DNA from: Bacteroidetes bacterium UBA6491
GTDB taxonomy: Bacteria > Bacteroidota > Bacteroidia > NS11-12g > UBA9320
NCBI GenBank assembly: GCA_002436505.1
Contig: DJML01000052.1
Location: 5,715-42,997, forward strand
Direction: 5' to 3'
DNA length: 37,283 bases
A program made the translations under genes and the position numbers. Under the pieces are notes generated by a model. The model was not told where the DNA came from. It worked only from the letters and a program-made list of their open reading frames with translations, and did not search any database. Below are positions 17,738 through 26,909 of this stretch, one piece after another (the first letter of the stretch is position 1; each line of letters begins with the position of its first letter).

Positions 17738-18583
17738 TCAGAACACTTCAATTTTATATCCTGCGTTAAAAACAGCCCCGGGAGAGAGTAGTACAATCCC
17801 TTCTTTTTCAAGAATGTTCCCTGATGCGGAAGAACTATCGCAAACTCCCTGCCACGGTTCAATGCAAACAAAAGGCGCACCCGGTTTGCTCCAAACCCCT
17901 AAATAAGGAAAATCCCCAAACCAGAAACGTATACCACGAGATGAACCAGTAGAATGCAATTCGCAGTATTCAGACCTTAAATCAGAAAACACCAGTGCGT
18001 CGTCATTAAAACTCTCATTGGTTAGATCTATCCTTCCATTAATGATCCCGGTCCTTTGAACGCCGGTACGCAGTCCGTTGCGATCCAGGGAGTCTGAAAA
18101 AACCGTTTCCTGCTCTTCGAAAACCAGGAAATGTTTGTCTACAGGGTTCGTTGAAAAAGCCGGATGACCACCTATCGAAAAAGGCATATCCGTATCCCCC
18201 ATGTTTTGAACGAGGTATTTCACTTTAACCGATTTCCCTTCTAACAGGTAACGTACCTCAAGATTAAATTTGAACGGGTATTTAACTAACGAACATTCAT
18301 CAAACGATCTGGAAAACACCATTTCAGGACCCTCGGTTCTTGTTTCGAAAGTTGCATCCCTCAAAAAACCGTGCCGTTCCATGAGATACGTTTTACCAGC
18401 GTATTGATATTTCCCTTCCTTTAATTCCCCAATAACAGGAAACAACAACGGTGATCTCCAACCCCATACATTGGGATCATTGATCCACAGATACTCGTGA
18501 TCGTGTTCAACAGAATAAATACGCATCAGTTGTGCGCCTCTTACTTCCGCCTCGATCAGGACATGTTCATTCTGAATGATCAT
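17738..18583 (-). CDS. Aldose 1-epimerase family protein
   Basis: 281 aa. RSPLLFPVIGELK...ERHGFLRD and GGHPAF motifs are typical of the small LacX/YihR-like aldose-epimerase family. Confidence 0.8.
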   Translation of the reverse strand: MIIQNEHVLIEAEVRGAQLMRIYSVEHDHEYLWINDPNVWGWRSPLLFPVIGELKEGKYQYAGKTYLMERHGFLRDATFETRTEGPEMVFSRSFDECSLVKYPFKFNLEVRYLLEGKSVKVKYLVQNMGDTDMPFSIGGHPAFSTNPVDKHFLVFEEQETVFSDSLDRNGLRTGVQRTGIINGRIDLTNESFNDDALVFSDLRSEYCELHSTGSSRGIRFWFGDFPYLGVWSKPGAPFVCIEPWQGVCDSSSASGNILEKEGIVLLSPGAVFNAGYKIEVF

Positions 18584-18625
18584 AAAATAACCATGTTAGA
18601 GTGACCTTTCATAGCAACATAAGAC

Positions 18626-20263
18626 CTAATTGTAATATTTGGCTACCAGCGGCATCTGTCTTCCTGGACCAAAAGCCTTATGTGATATCCGGAGGATCGG
18701 TGGGGCCTGATAACGCTTATACTCATTCCTGTCGACCAGTTGTACCACTTTTGTGACAATGTCCTTGTCAAATCCAAAATCAATGATCTCCTCCCAACCG
18801 TATTGATCTTCAACATAAAACTCAAGAATTTTATCAAGAAGATCGTATTCAGGCAAGGAGTCACTATCCTTCTGCCCTGGGCGTAATTCTGCGGAAGGCG
18901 CTTTTTTAATTATACTCTCAGGAATTATTTCCATATTACGGTTAATGTAACGGGCCATCTCATATATCTGCGTTTTATACAGATCCCCAATGGGAGATAA
19001 TCCTCCGCACATGTCACCGTACAATGTGGAATAACCAACGGCCGTTTCACTTTTATTACTGGTGTTCAACAGAATCGCATGAAACTTGTTTGACATGGCC
19101 ATAAGAAGCAGTCCTCTGCAGCGTGCCTGAATGTTTTCTTCAGTTACATCGGCAGGAAGATCTTTAAATTCCGAACTAAGAATACTTTCAACACTGCTCA
19201 CCATATCTGCAATAGGAAGGATCGTATATCTGTTGCCAAGATTATTAGCGAGCATTTCTGCATCAGTGATCGATCCTTTTGATGAATATTTGGAAGGCAT
19301 AAGTACGGATGTTACGTTCTCCTTTCCTATTGCCTCAACAGCAAGTGTGTTGACCAATGCAGAATCTATTCCTCCTGAAGACCCTAGGATTGCTCGTTTG
19401 AAACCCATCTTGTTAAAATAGTCCCTGATTCCCATAACAATGGCATCATGCATTAGGCCGATGTCACGATCGTGGTGTTCCTGTTCATCTTTCTCAAGTC
19501 GGGCATCCTTATCCCAGTTAATAAATTGCAGATCTTCCTCAAAATAACGGAGCTCTTTAGCCACAACACCTTTATTGTCAATAAACATTGATCCCCCGTC
19601 AAACAGGATGTCGGTATTCCCGCCAACCTGATTCACATATATTAAAGGAAGATTGTAATGCAGTGCATTGTATTTCATTCTGCCCTTCCTGTCGTCAACA
19701 TGATTATAACTGTAGGGTGAACCAGAAATATTGATCATCAGATCCGGTTTTTCCGCGATCAGATCATCCATAGGGGTTCGAGAATAAAGCATGGGTTCAT
19801 CAAGATTCCACAGATCTTCACAGATGGTCAATGCTATTCTGACACCTTTGAATTCTACAGTATGGGTTTTTCCCCCCGGCTCAAAGTAACGGTACTCGTC
19901 GAAAATGTCATAGGTAGGCAGCAGTGATTTGTGAATTGTTTTCTGAACCTTACCATCATAGATCAAATGAGCTGCATTGTACAATTTCTTACCTTTTTTC
20001 AGGCCGCTTGGGACAGGAGCACCGATTATGACCCCGATCCCGTTGCAATATGATGCCAGCTCTGATACGGCGTCTGTGCATCTTCTTACAAATGACTCAT
20101 AATTGAGCATGTCCTTAGGTATATAGCCACAGATCGACAATTCAGAAAAAACGACAAGATCGGTATCGTTTTTCTTAGCAAGGTCAATAGTTTCACGCAT
20201 TTTCATCATGTTCCCGGCAAGGTCACCGATGATGAAATTCAATTGTGCAAGTGCAATCTTCAT
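18626..20263 (-). CDS. nadE: NAD+ synthase (glutamine-hydrolysing)
   Basis: 545 aa. N-terminal CN-hydrolase domain (FSELSICGY, ICEDLW) fused to a PP-loop synthetase domain (GSSGGIDSAL). Confidence 0.95.
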   Translation of the reverse strand: MKIALAQLNFIIGDLAGNMMKMRETIDLAKKNDTDLVVFSELSICGYIPKDMLNYESFVRRCTDAVSELASYCNGIGVIIGAPVPSGLKKGKKLYNAAHLIYDGKVQKTIHKSLLPTYDIFDEYRYFEPGGKTHTVEFKGVRIALTICEDLWNLDEPMLYSRTPMDDLIAEKPDLMINISGSPYSYNHVDDRKGRMKYNALHYNLPLIYVNQVGGNTDILFDGGSMFIDNKGVVAKELRYFEEDLQFINWDKDARLEKDEQEHHDRDIGLMHDAIVMGIRDYFNKMGFKRAILGSSGGIDSALVNTLAVEAIGKENVTSVLMPSKYSSKGSITDAEMLANNLGNRYTILPIADMVSSVESILSSEFKDLPADVTEENIQARCRGLLLMAMSNKFHAILLNTSNKSETAVGYSTLYGDMCGGLSPIGDLYKTQIYEMARYINRNMEIIPESIIKKAPSAELRPGQKDSDSLPEYDLLDKILEFYVEDQYGWEEIIDFGFDKDIVTKVVQLVDRNEYKRYQAPPILRISHKAFGPGRQMPLVAKYYN

Positions 20264-20279
20264 TTATTACGTACCGGTT

Positions 20280-21002
20280 CTAAAAGAAGAATCCCGCGTT
20301 AATCGAGACAAAGTTACTTATCGCCTCTGCTTTTTTATCTTCACCGAAAATATTAGTGAAACCGTTATCCATTCTGAGTCCCGCATAAAGAGACGTATTG
20401 CCACTCAGGTTATATTCGATACCCGCTCCCACGATCAAAGGAATTCTGAGTGGGGATATCTTGTCGTCAAAGTTAGCGAAGTGATAATCGTCCCCTTCCT
20501 TATCATTGACATGTATATCTGTCGGATCATCGAATACGTCATCTGCTCCTACGATATCTGCTCTCGCCCGGATCAGGAATGACGGAGCAACACCGAATTG
20601 CGCCCAATATGTTACGTAACCAATTTCTTTGGTTTTAAACTTTATTGATAGCGGCACCTGAACATATCTTGTTTTGTACTCGTAATCAATGTCCGTTTTG
20701 CTAACCTGACTGTTTTTAGGGAAAAGCGTATCAACATAGGTCATTCCAAAATTGTAATGGGTAATTAGCAACTCCGTAGAAAACGCATAATTCTCAGCAA
20801 AATAAAAATCACCCATCAGCCCGTAACTAAACCCCAGTTTGGTCCCTTCTTTTTCTATACTCTTTGAATCCGGCTTTATCCAGCAAATATTTGCTGAACC
20901 TTTAATACCAAATCGAAGATTATTATCCTGGGCCTTGGTGATCGTGGAGATTGAAAGAAACAATAAAATTAATCCGGTTGCTGTTGATCTTTTCATATTC
21001 AT
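20280..21002 (-). CDS. Outer-membrane beta-barrel (porin family) protein
   Basis: 240 aa. Signal peptide ending TKAQ, alternating hydrophobic beta-strand pattern, and a C-terminal aromatic (INAGFFF). Confidence 0.7.
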   Translation of the reverse strand: MNMKRSTATGLILLFLSISTITKAQDNNLRFGIKGSANICWIKPDSKSIEKEGTKLGFSYGLMGDFYFAENYAFSTELLITHYNFGMTYVDTLFPKNSQVSKTDIDYEYKTRYVQVPLSIKFKTKEIGYVTYWAQFGVAPSFLIRARADIVGADDVFDDPTDIHVNDKEGDDYHFANFDDKISPLRIPLIVGAGIEYNLSGNTSLYAGLRMDNGFTNIFGEDKKAEAISNFVSINAGFFF

Positions 21003-21019
21003 ACTTCTGTGTTTAGATG

Positions 21020-21027
21020 TAATTTTG
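21020..21027 (+). promoter_or_regulatory. Bacteroidota -7 promoter box TAATTTTG upstream of gldB
   Basis: Exact TAnnTTTG match, 5 nt before ATG 21033. This implies a leaderless or near-leaderless mRNA. Confidence 0.45.
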
Positions 21028-21032
21028 GCGCT

Positions 21033-22076
21033 ATGTCATACATTTCAATAACGAAACGACTTGTCACCTTACTGTTATCAGCCGGTGTAATGTTCATCTC
21101 AGGATGTAAGAAGAACAAGCACAAGGTTGATATTTCAAATATAGAGATCGACATTGATCTCCAACGATATGAAGATGATATTTTCGGTGTGGAAAATTTA
21201 GAAGACTATCTTGGTCTGGACAAAAAGGACCCGGAATTCTTCAGCGCCTACAAGGGAAGGATAATTTCTTTTATAACCGGAGTAAACCAGGGAGCAGATT
21301 CTCTGGTTCAGTACAGAGGTTTCAGTGATTTTATTCAGAACAAGGATATGCGCGACCTCTATGCCAGTTGCACCACAACGTTTGAGAATATGGATACGTA
21401 TTTTGATCAGCTGGAAACAGCATTCAAATTTTACCGGTTTCATTTCCCAGCAAACAATATACCTGATATTATTACTTATGTCGCACCGTTCAGATATGGC
21501 GCGATAAGCATGGAGAACAAACTGTGCATAGAACTGGACATGTTCCTCGGAGCAGATTTTGAACCCTACAGGACCCCCTCCCTGCAATTTCCTAATTACC
21601 TGGTTAAAAAGTTAAAACCGGATATGCTTGTACCTAATGCCATGAAGTCCTGGCTTGTAAGTGAATTTGAGAAAGATCAGACCGATCAACGATTTATTTC
21701 AGAGATCATCTATGAAGGGAAGATCCTGTATCTTATGGATGCTTTGTTCCCTGAGATGAGTGACTCCCTAAAAATAGGCTACCTTAATGGTCAGATAGAA
21801 TGGAACAGGCATAATGAATCTCAGATATGGGAAAACATTGTCAATAATGACCTGCTGTTCTCTACTGACCAGTTCCAGTATATGGGAATGCTTCATGACG
21901 GGCCTTTCTCCAAAGGGGCGAATGTGCCTCAGGAATCATCGCCACGTATTGGTGTCTGGGCCGGCTGGCAGGTGGTCCGGAAATACATGGATAAACATCC
22001 GGGGATCTCCCTTCAGGAACTTATGGAGATCAAGGACCCCGGAATAATTCTCAAAGGTTCGGGCTACAAACCTTGA
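21033..22076 (+). CDS. gldB: Gliding motility lipoprotein GldB
   Basis: Lipobox FISGC. FPNYLVKKL, KIGYLNGQIEWNRHNESQIWENI, SPRIGVWAGWQVVRKYM and the terminal GYKP match my recollection of GldB. Next to nadE, as in other Bacteroidota. The track start at 21009 is GTG, so I prefer ATG 21033. Confidence 0.78.
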   Translation: MSYISITKRLVTLLLSAGVMFISGCKKNKHKVDISNIEIDIDLQRYEDDIFGVENLEDYLGLDKKDPEFFSAYKGRIISFITGVNQGADSLVQYRGFSDFIQNKDMRDLYASCTTTFENMDTYFDQLETAFKFYRFHFPANNIPDIITYVAPFRYGAISMENKLCIELDMFLGADFEPYRTPSLQFPNYLVKKLKPDMLVPNAMKSWLVSEFEKDQTDQRFISEIIYEGKILYLMDALFPEMSDSLKIGYLNGQIEWNRHNESQIWENIVNNDLLFSTDQFQYMGMLHDGPFSKGANVPQESSPRIGVWAGWQVVRKYMDKHPGISLQELMEIKDPGIILKGSGYKP

Positions 22077-22078
22077 TC

Positions 22079-22951
22079 TCATTCGAGATAAGGCCATATT
22101 CGACGGACAAATGCCGTATCAAGGGCTAAAATGTTCCTGATATTCAGCGTACTCAATACAACTTCAGGATGCGTCTTCCTATAAGCAAGAATGACTTTTG
22201 CGGTCTTGACATCCACATAGGGATGACGCCTTAAAGTTTTGAAGTCAGCTGTCAGATCAATAGGAACAATGGCCTTGCTGTCAACACTTATATTAGGAGC
22301 TATTTTCATGAACAATGAATCATGGATACCATACACTTCTTTTAATTGGCCAATGGCATGAAACCCACCCAATATCCGGCGGTATTTAACGATCCTTGAT
22401 GCAAGAACAGGTCCAATTCCGTGTAATCTGATAAGATCGACGGAATCAGCGATCGAAACATTTATCTTTTCTTTAGAACCTGATCTCAGTTTCCGTGAAC
22501 GGTCATCTGATCTCCGGGCAAATGCATCGTATCCGTATGATCTTTTCCGTGATCTGATATTGATCCAGGGAACGGCTTTTTCATACCATATGCTGTCCAT
22601 GCCATAAATATGAAGGAGGTCATCAGAATTATAAAATTTAAAGCCCTTTGCTCTTGCCCCGGCAATCCTTTCTGTAAGATATTTTTTCAGGCCCAGGATC
22701 ATCAGACTATCCGGCGACAAAGTATTAGGGTCAAAATGGAACCAGTTTATCTGATCATAATTTCCTGATTCTGTGACCGCGTTTTTTTCCGACCTGAATG
22801 AATCTATTCGTTGTCGTTCGATCAGGCTGTACTCAAAAGATTTCCCCTGAAAAAAGTATCGCGGAACTAATTTGATGATCAGTGCGATCAGGACAAAAAG
22901 TATTACACCGGCCGCTTCACGATTATTGTAAGAAAAGAGATCCTTTAACAT
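22079..22951 (-). CDS. Helix-hairpin-helix domain protein (ComEA-like), membrane anchored
   Basis: 290 aa. N-terminal TM helix. C-terminal HhH motif IRLHGIGPVLASRIVKYR, plus a second degenerate copy. Confidence 0.7.
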   Translation of the reverse strand: MLKDLFSYNNREAAGVILFVLIALIIKLVPRYFFQGKSFEYSLIERQRIDSFRSEKNAVTESGNYDQINWFHFDPNTLSPDSLMILGLKKYLTERIAGARAKGFKFYNSDDLLHIYGMDSIWYEKAVPWINIRSRKRSYGYDAFARRSDDRSRKLRSGSKEKINVSIADSVDLIRLHGIGPVLASRIVKYRRILGGFHAIGQLKEVYGIHDSLFMKIAPNISVDSKAIVPIDLTADFKTLRRHPYVDVKTAKVILAYRKTHPEVVLSTLNIRNILALDTAFVRRIWPYLE

Positions 22952-22952
22952 A

Positions 22953-22975
22953 TTTCCCCTGTTTAGCAGGGAAAA
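22953..22975 (-). other. RNA stem-loop ending 1 nt upstream of the HhH-gene AUG
   Basis: Minus-strand RNA UUUUCCCUG-CUAAA-CAGGGGAAA forms 9 bp, counting one G.U pair, with a 5-nt loop. On the plus strand the same position is a C-A mismatch, so the structure is strand-specific. No U-tract follows. Confidence 0.35.
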
Positions 22976-23012
22976 TACAGGTGCCTTTAGTTATAAAAAA
23001 ACGGATATAGCT

Positions 23013-24251
23013 CTAAATAGCCAGGTACTCCTTAGCGTATTTTCCGGCTTCAAGGTATTCCTTGATCTCCGTAAAAGCAGTGATCGTCTCTTCCACGTCC
23101 GCTAAAGTATGAACTGCTGTAGGTATCAGACGAAGCATAATAACGCCCTTAGGGACAACCGGATAAACCACGATTGAGCAGAAAATGTTGTAGTTCTCGC
23201 GTAGATCCTGGGTCAGGTGCGTTGCTTCAGCAACAGTTCCGTTCAGTATCACTGGTGTTACAGGGGACATGGTTGTTCCGATATTAAAACCGGCACTCTT
23301 TAGCCCATCCTGCAATGCATCTACGATCTTCCACAGATTCGATTTCAGAGAAGGGTCATTCCTCAGCAATTCCAGCCTTTTCAATGCGCCGATAACCATT
23401 GGCATCGGAAGTGATTTTGCAAAGATCTGAGAACGCATGTTGTAACGCAGGTAGTCAACGATCCTTTTTTCACTTGAAATAAATGCGCCTATTCCTGCCA
23501 TTGATTTAGCAAAGGTTGAGAAATAGATATCTATCTCATCCTGAACACCCTGCTCTTCACCTGTGCCGATCCCGGTTTTTCCCATGGTACCAAATCCATG
23601 TGCATCATCAACGAATAACCGGAAATTATATTTACTTTTTAATGCGACAATATCTTTCAGATTCCCCTGGTTTCCGGACATTCCAAATACACCTTCAGTG
23701 ATCACAAGGATCGCCCCACCTGTCTGTTCAGCCATTTTCGTGGCTCTTACCAGTTGTTTTTCGAGATTCTGAATGTCGTTATGTGCATATACAAATCTTT
23801 TACCCTGGTGCAAACGTACACCGTCAATGATACAGGCATGTGATTCGGCATCATAAACAATTATATCGCGTCGGTCTACCAATGCATCTATTGCTGACAG
23901 CACTCCCTGATAACCGAAGTTCAGCAGGATCGTATCCTCCTTCTGCTCAAAATCAGAAAGTTGACGCTCAAGCTCTTCGTGATAATCACTGTTTCCTGAC
24001 ATCATACGTGCCCCCATCGGGTATGCCATTCCATAATCAGCCGCTGCGACCGCGTCTGCTTTCCTTACTTCAGGATGGTTCGCCAGACCAAGATAATTGT
24101 TCAGACTCCAGGTCAGCAATTCTCTGCCTCTGAAAGTCATTCTCGGCGAGATCTCCCCCTCAAGTTTTGGGAAAGTATAGTAACCATGAGCCTCTTTAGC
24201 GTGCATACCCAAAGGGCCCATATTTTCCACCAACTTTTCAAACAAATCCAT
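23013..24251 (-). CDS. Alpha-oxoamine synthase family PLP enzyme (Spt / cysteate-acyltransferase / Kbl-like)
   Basis: 412 aa. DDAHGFG and the PLP-lysine motif STFAKSMAG, on a class I/II aminotransferase fold. No tdh or bio genes are adjacent. Confidence 0.85.
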   Translation of the reverse strand: MDLFEKLVENMGPLGMHAKEAHGYYTFPKLEGEISPRMTFRGRELLTWSLNNYLGLANHPEVRKADAVAAADYGMAYPMGARMMSGNSDYHEELERQLSDFEQKEDTILLNFGYQGVLSAIDALVDRRDIIVYDAESHACIIDGVRLHQGKRFVYAHNDIQNLEKQLVRATKMAEQTGGAILVITEGVFGMSGNQGNLKDIVALKSKYNFRLFVDDAHGFGTMGKTGIGTGEEQGVQDEIDIYFSTFAKSMAGIGAFISSEKRIVDYLRYNMRSQIFAKSLPMPMVIGALKRLELLRNDPSLKSNLWKIVDALQDGLKSAGFNIGTTMSPVTPVILNGTVAEATHLTQDLRENYNIFCSIVVYPVVPKGVIMLRLIPTAVHTLADVEETITAFTEIKEYLEAGKYAKEYLAI

Positions 24252-24270
24252 AGAGATGTAAAATTTGCCG

Positions 24271-24278
24271 CAAAGGTA
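24271..24278 (-). promoter_or_regulatory. -7 box TACCTTTG upstream of the alpha-oxoamine synthase gene
   Basis: The plus strand reads CAAAGGTA. On the minus strand this is an exact TAnnTTTG match, 19 nt before the ATG at 24251. Confidence 0.4.
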
Positions 24279-24476
24279 TTAATTCTGTCATCATTTCATA
24301 TTTCTATTAAATATTCAATTGTTACCAATTTATTAACTTTTATGGTAAAAAGATGATTCGGCCGCTGAAGGACTTGTAACAAAAGGCTTCTCTGTGCGTT
24401 TAAAACATACATTAGTCCTGATATGACCAGAATTAAGATGAAGAATTTTTAAGTTGAATATCCACAGAGTTAATGG

Positions 24477-24484
24477 TATCTTTG
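24477..24484 (+). promoter_or_regulatory. -7 box TATCTTTG upstream of bamD
   Basis: Exact TAnnTTTG match, 12 nt before ATG 24497. A TTG lies about 20 nt upstream (24454..24456) as a possible -33 element. Confidence 0.45.
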
Positions 24485-24496
24485 CAGACTTTTATA

Positions 24497-25372
24497 ATGA
24501 GATCGGGTAAACTATACATTTTTCTTTTTATTCTGCTTGCTGCAACCGGATGCGAATACCAGAAGGTTGTTAAGAAAGGCACGCCGGACAAGAAACATGC
24601 CTATGCGGATAAAATGTACGAGAAAGGACATTACGCAAAAGCCCTTCCTCTCTATGAAGATCTGCTTGGGACATACAGAAGGAGAAAAGAAGGAGAGATC
24701 ATTTACTTCCGCTTCGCAATGTGTCATTACCAGATGTCAGAATTCGGAATGGCTGCATATCACTTTAAAGGCTTTACAGAGACTTTTGCCGGTTCGGCAA
24801 TGGTTGAAGATGCCGCATACTGGTTTGCGATCTGCCAGTTCAACAAATCAATGCCATATTATCTGGATCAGACGCCATCAGAAGAAGCCATTGAACAACT
24901 CCAGCTTTTCATTAACCGCTATCCTAACAGTAAATATGTGGAGAGCTGTAACGAAAAGATGGATGAACTGCGACGTGGTTTGCAGATAAAATCATATAAG
25001 AATGCAATGGCTTATTACTACCGTGGGCTATACAATGCCGCTGTAGTAAGCCTGAAAAATTCACTGATATCGTATCCGGATATAGATGAAAAACCGGAAA
25101 TGGAGTACCTGATAGTAGAGTGCAGCCACCTGTATGCTAAAAAAAGCATACTTAACAAACAGGAAGAGCGCTACCTTGACGCTATTGAAGAGTGCAAGGA
25201 ATACATGAACAGTCATAATTCAGAGGTTTCTTACTACGGTAAAGTAGAAAAGATCAGAAAAATGGCAGAAATGGAATTAGACCTGGTAAGAAAAACGATC
25301 AAAACAAAAGAAGCTGAAGACAAAGAGCTATTAAGATTAAAGACTTCGACCACTACAACCAATAATAATTAA
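24497..25372 (+). CDS. bamD: Outer membrane protein assembly factor BamD
   Basis: Lipobox LLAATGC followed by TPR-like repeats (YEKGHYAKALPLYEDLL...). Begins the conserved Bacteroidota bamD-rpoZ-coaBC-DUF4835 order. An upstream ATG at 24473 overlaps the -7 box, so I prefer 24497. Confidence 0.8.
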   Translation: MRSGKLYIFLFILLAATGCEYQKVVKKGTPDKKHAYADKMYEKGHYAKALPLYEDLLGTYRRRKEGEIIYFRFAMCHYQMSEFGMAAYHFKGFTETFAGSAMVEDAAYWFAICQFNKSMPYYLDQTPSEEAIEQLQLFINRYPNSKYVESCNEKMDELRRGLQIKSYKNAMAYYYRGLYNAAVVSLKNSLISYPDIDEKPEMEYLIVECSHLYAKKSILNKQEERYLDAIEECKEYMNSHNSEVSYYGKVEKIRKMAEMELDLVRKTIKTKEAEDKELLRLKTSTTTTNNN

Positions 25373-25389
25373 GCATTCATTTATCGATT

Positions 25390-25710
25390 ATGAGTAAATA
25401 TTCAGAAACACCGGTAACCACAATAAGCAGAGACACCAGAGATCTTGAAAAGGACATTGGCAATCTGTATGAATCAGTTGTGATCATTTCAAAACGTGCG
25501 AATCAGATCGCTGCGCAAATGAAAGAAGAATTAAATGCTAAACTTGAGGAATTCGCTTCAGACACGGACAACCTTGAAGAGATATTCGAAAACAGGGAGC
25601 AAATAGAGATCTCTAAATATTACGAATCTCTGCCAAAGTCTACCCTTTTAGCAACGGAAGAATTCCTTAAGGACAAGGTGTATTTCCGCAACCCGAATAA
25701 AGAATCCTGA
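25390..25710 (+). CDS. rpoZ: DNA-directed RNA polymerase subunit omega
   Basis: 106 aa. NLYESVVIISKRANQI resembles the omega/Rpb6 core helix. Lies directly upstream of coaBC. Confidence 0.75.
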   Translation: MSKYSETPVTTISRDTRDLEKDIGNLYESVVIISKRANQIAAQMKEELNAKLEEFASDTDNLEEIFENREQIEISKYYESLPKSTLLATEEFLKDKVYFRNPNKES

Positions 25711-25721
25711 TCTCTGTCCCG

Positions 25722-26909
25722 ATGTTGCGCGGGAAACGAATATTACTGGGCGTTACCGGAAGTATCGCCGCTTACAAGTCGGCCACTCTTGTGCGCTTAC
25801 TGATCAAGGAAGGTGCGCGTGTTCAGGTGGTAATGACTAACGATGCAACGTCGTTTATCACACCGCTGACTTTGTCTACGCTATCCAAGAACCCTGTTTA
25901 TACCACCTACTTCGATAAAGAGACCGGTGAGTGGAACAACCATGTTGATCTTGCCTTGTGGGCAGATCTCTTCATTGTTGCTCCTGCTACAGCGAACACC
26001 ATTGCTAAAATGGCCAACGGGATCTGCGACAACCTTTTGCAGGCCATCTATCTGTCAGCAAAATGTCCGGTCGTTGTTGCTCCTGCAATGGATCTGGACA
26101 TGTACCGGCATCCTACATTTATAAGAAATCTTGGGATACTGAGAGATATGAATATCCGGATCGCTGAAGCTGAATCAGGAGAGCTTGCGAGCGGTTTAAC
26201 AGGACAGGGTCGTATGGCGGAGCCAGAAAACCTTCTTGAATTCATCAGTTCCCAGTTTCCTTCACGTTTAAATGGAAAAAATGTACTGATCAATGGCGGA
26301 CCTACCTATGAGGCAGTTGACCCTGTTCGCTTTATAGGTAACAGATCAAGTGGGAAAATGGGCGTAGCTCTGGCAAATGCTTTTGCCGAAGAAGGAGCCA
26401 GTGTCACACTTGTCCTTGGTCCTTCCAATGAAACCCCTGACGAGCATATAGACGTTATTCGTGTAGAAAGTGCTGAGGAAATGTACAATGCTACCGTATC
26501 GCATTTTAAAAAGGCGGACATTACTGTGCTCTCCGCTGCCGTTGCCGATTACCGTCCGAAAGACATATCAAAACAGAAGATCAAGAAATCAGGAGACTAT
26601 TTGCAAATCGACCTGGTAAAAAACAAAGACATACTTGCTGCTTTAGGAGCAAAAAAGACAACAAAACAAGTCCTCGCCGGTTTTGCTCTTGAAACCGAGA
26701 ACGAAATGAAATTTGCCAAACAGAAATTGAATAACAAAAACCTTAATTTCATCGTTTTAAATTCACTAAGGGATGAAGGTGCAGGTTTTGGCGGTGAAAC
26801 AAACAAAGTGACCATTCTGGACGATAAAGGCAAAACACATAAATTCGAACTTAAAGACAAATTATCCGTAGCAAGGGATATTGTAGATTACACGATCGGT
26901 TTATTATGA
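25722..26909 (+). CDS. coaBC: Bifunctional phosphopantothenoylcysteine decarboxylase / phosphopantothenate-cysteine ligase
   Basis: 395 aa. N-terminal flavoprotein domain (LGVTGSIAAYK, PAMD..M) and C-terminal CoaB domain (DPVRFIGNRSSGKMG, AAVADYRP). Confidence 0.95.
   Translation: MLRGKRILLGVTGSIAAYKSATLVRLLIKEGARVQVVMTNDATSFITPLTLSTLSKNPVYTTYFDKETGEWNNHVDLALWADLFIVAPATANTIAKMANGICDNLLQAIYLSAKCPVVVAPAMDLDMYRHPTFIRNLGILRDMNIRIAEAESGELASGLTGQGRMAEPENLLEFISSQFPSRLNGKNVLINGGPTYEAVDPVRFIGNRSSGKMGVALANAFAEEGASVTLVLGPSNETPDEHIDVIRVESAEEMYNATVSHFKKADITVLSAAVADYRPKDISKQKIKKSGDYLQIDLVKNKDILAALGAKKTTKQVLAGFALETENEMKFAKQKLNNKNLNFIVLNSLRDEGAGFGGETNKVTILDDKGKTHKFELKDKLSVARDIVDYTIGLL

Noticed and set aside
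24252-24496. Largest intergenic region (245 bp), examined for an ncRNA, riboswitch, tRNA or small ORF.
   Set aside because: It is AT-rich with two outward-facing -7 boxes, which fits a plain divergent promoter region. Only 8- to 9-codon ORFs are present, with no stable extended structure or conserved-looking motif that I could fold by eye.
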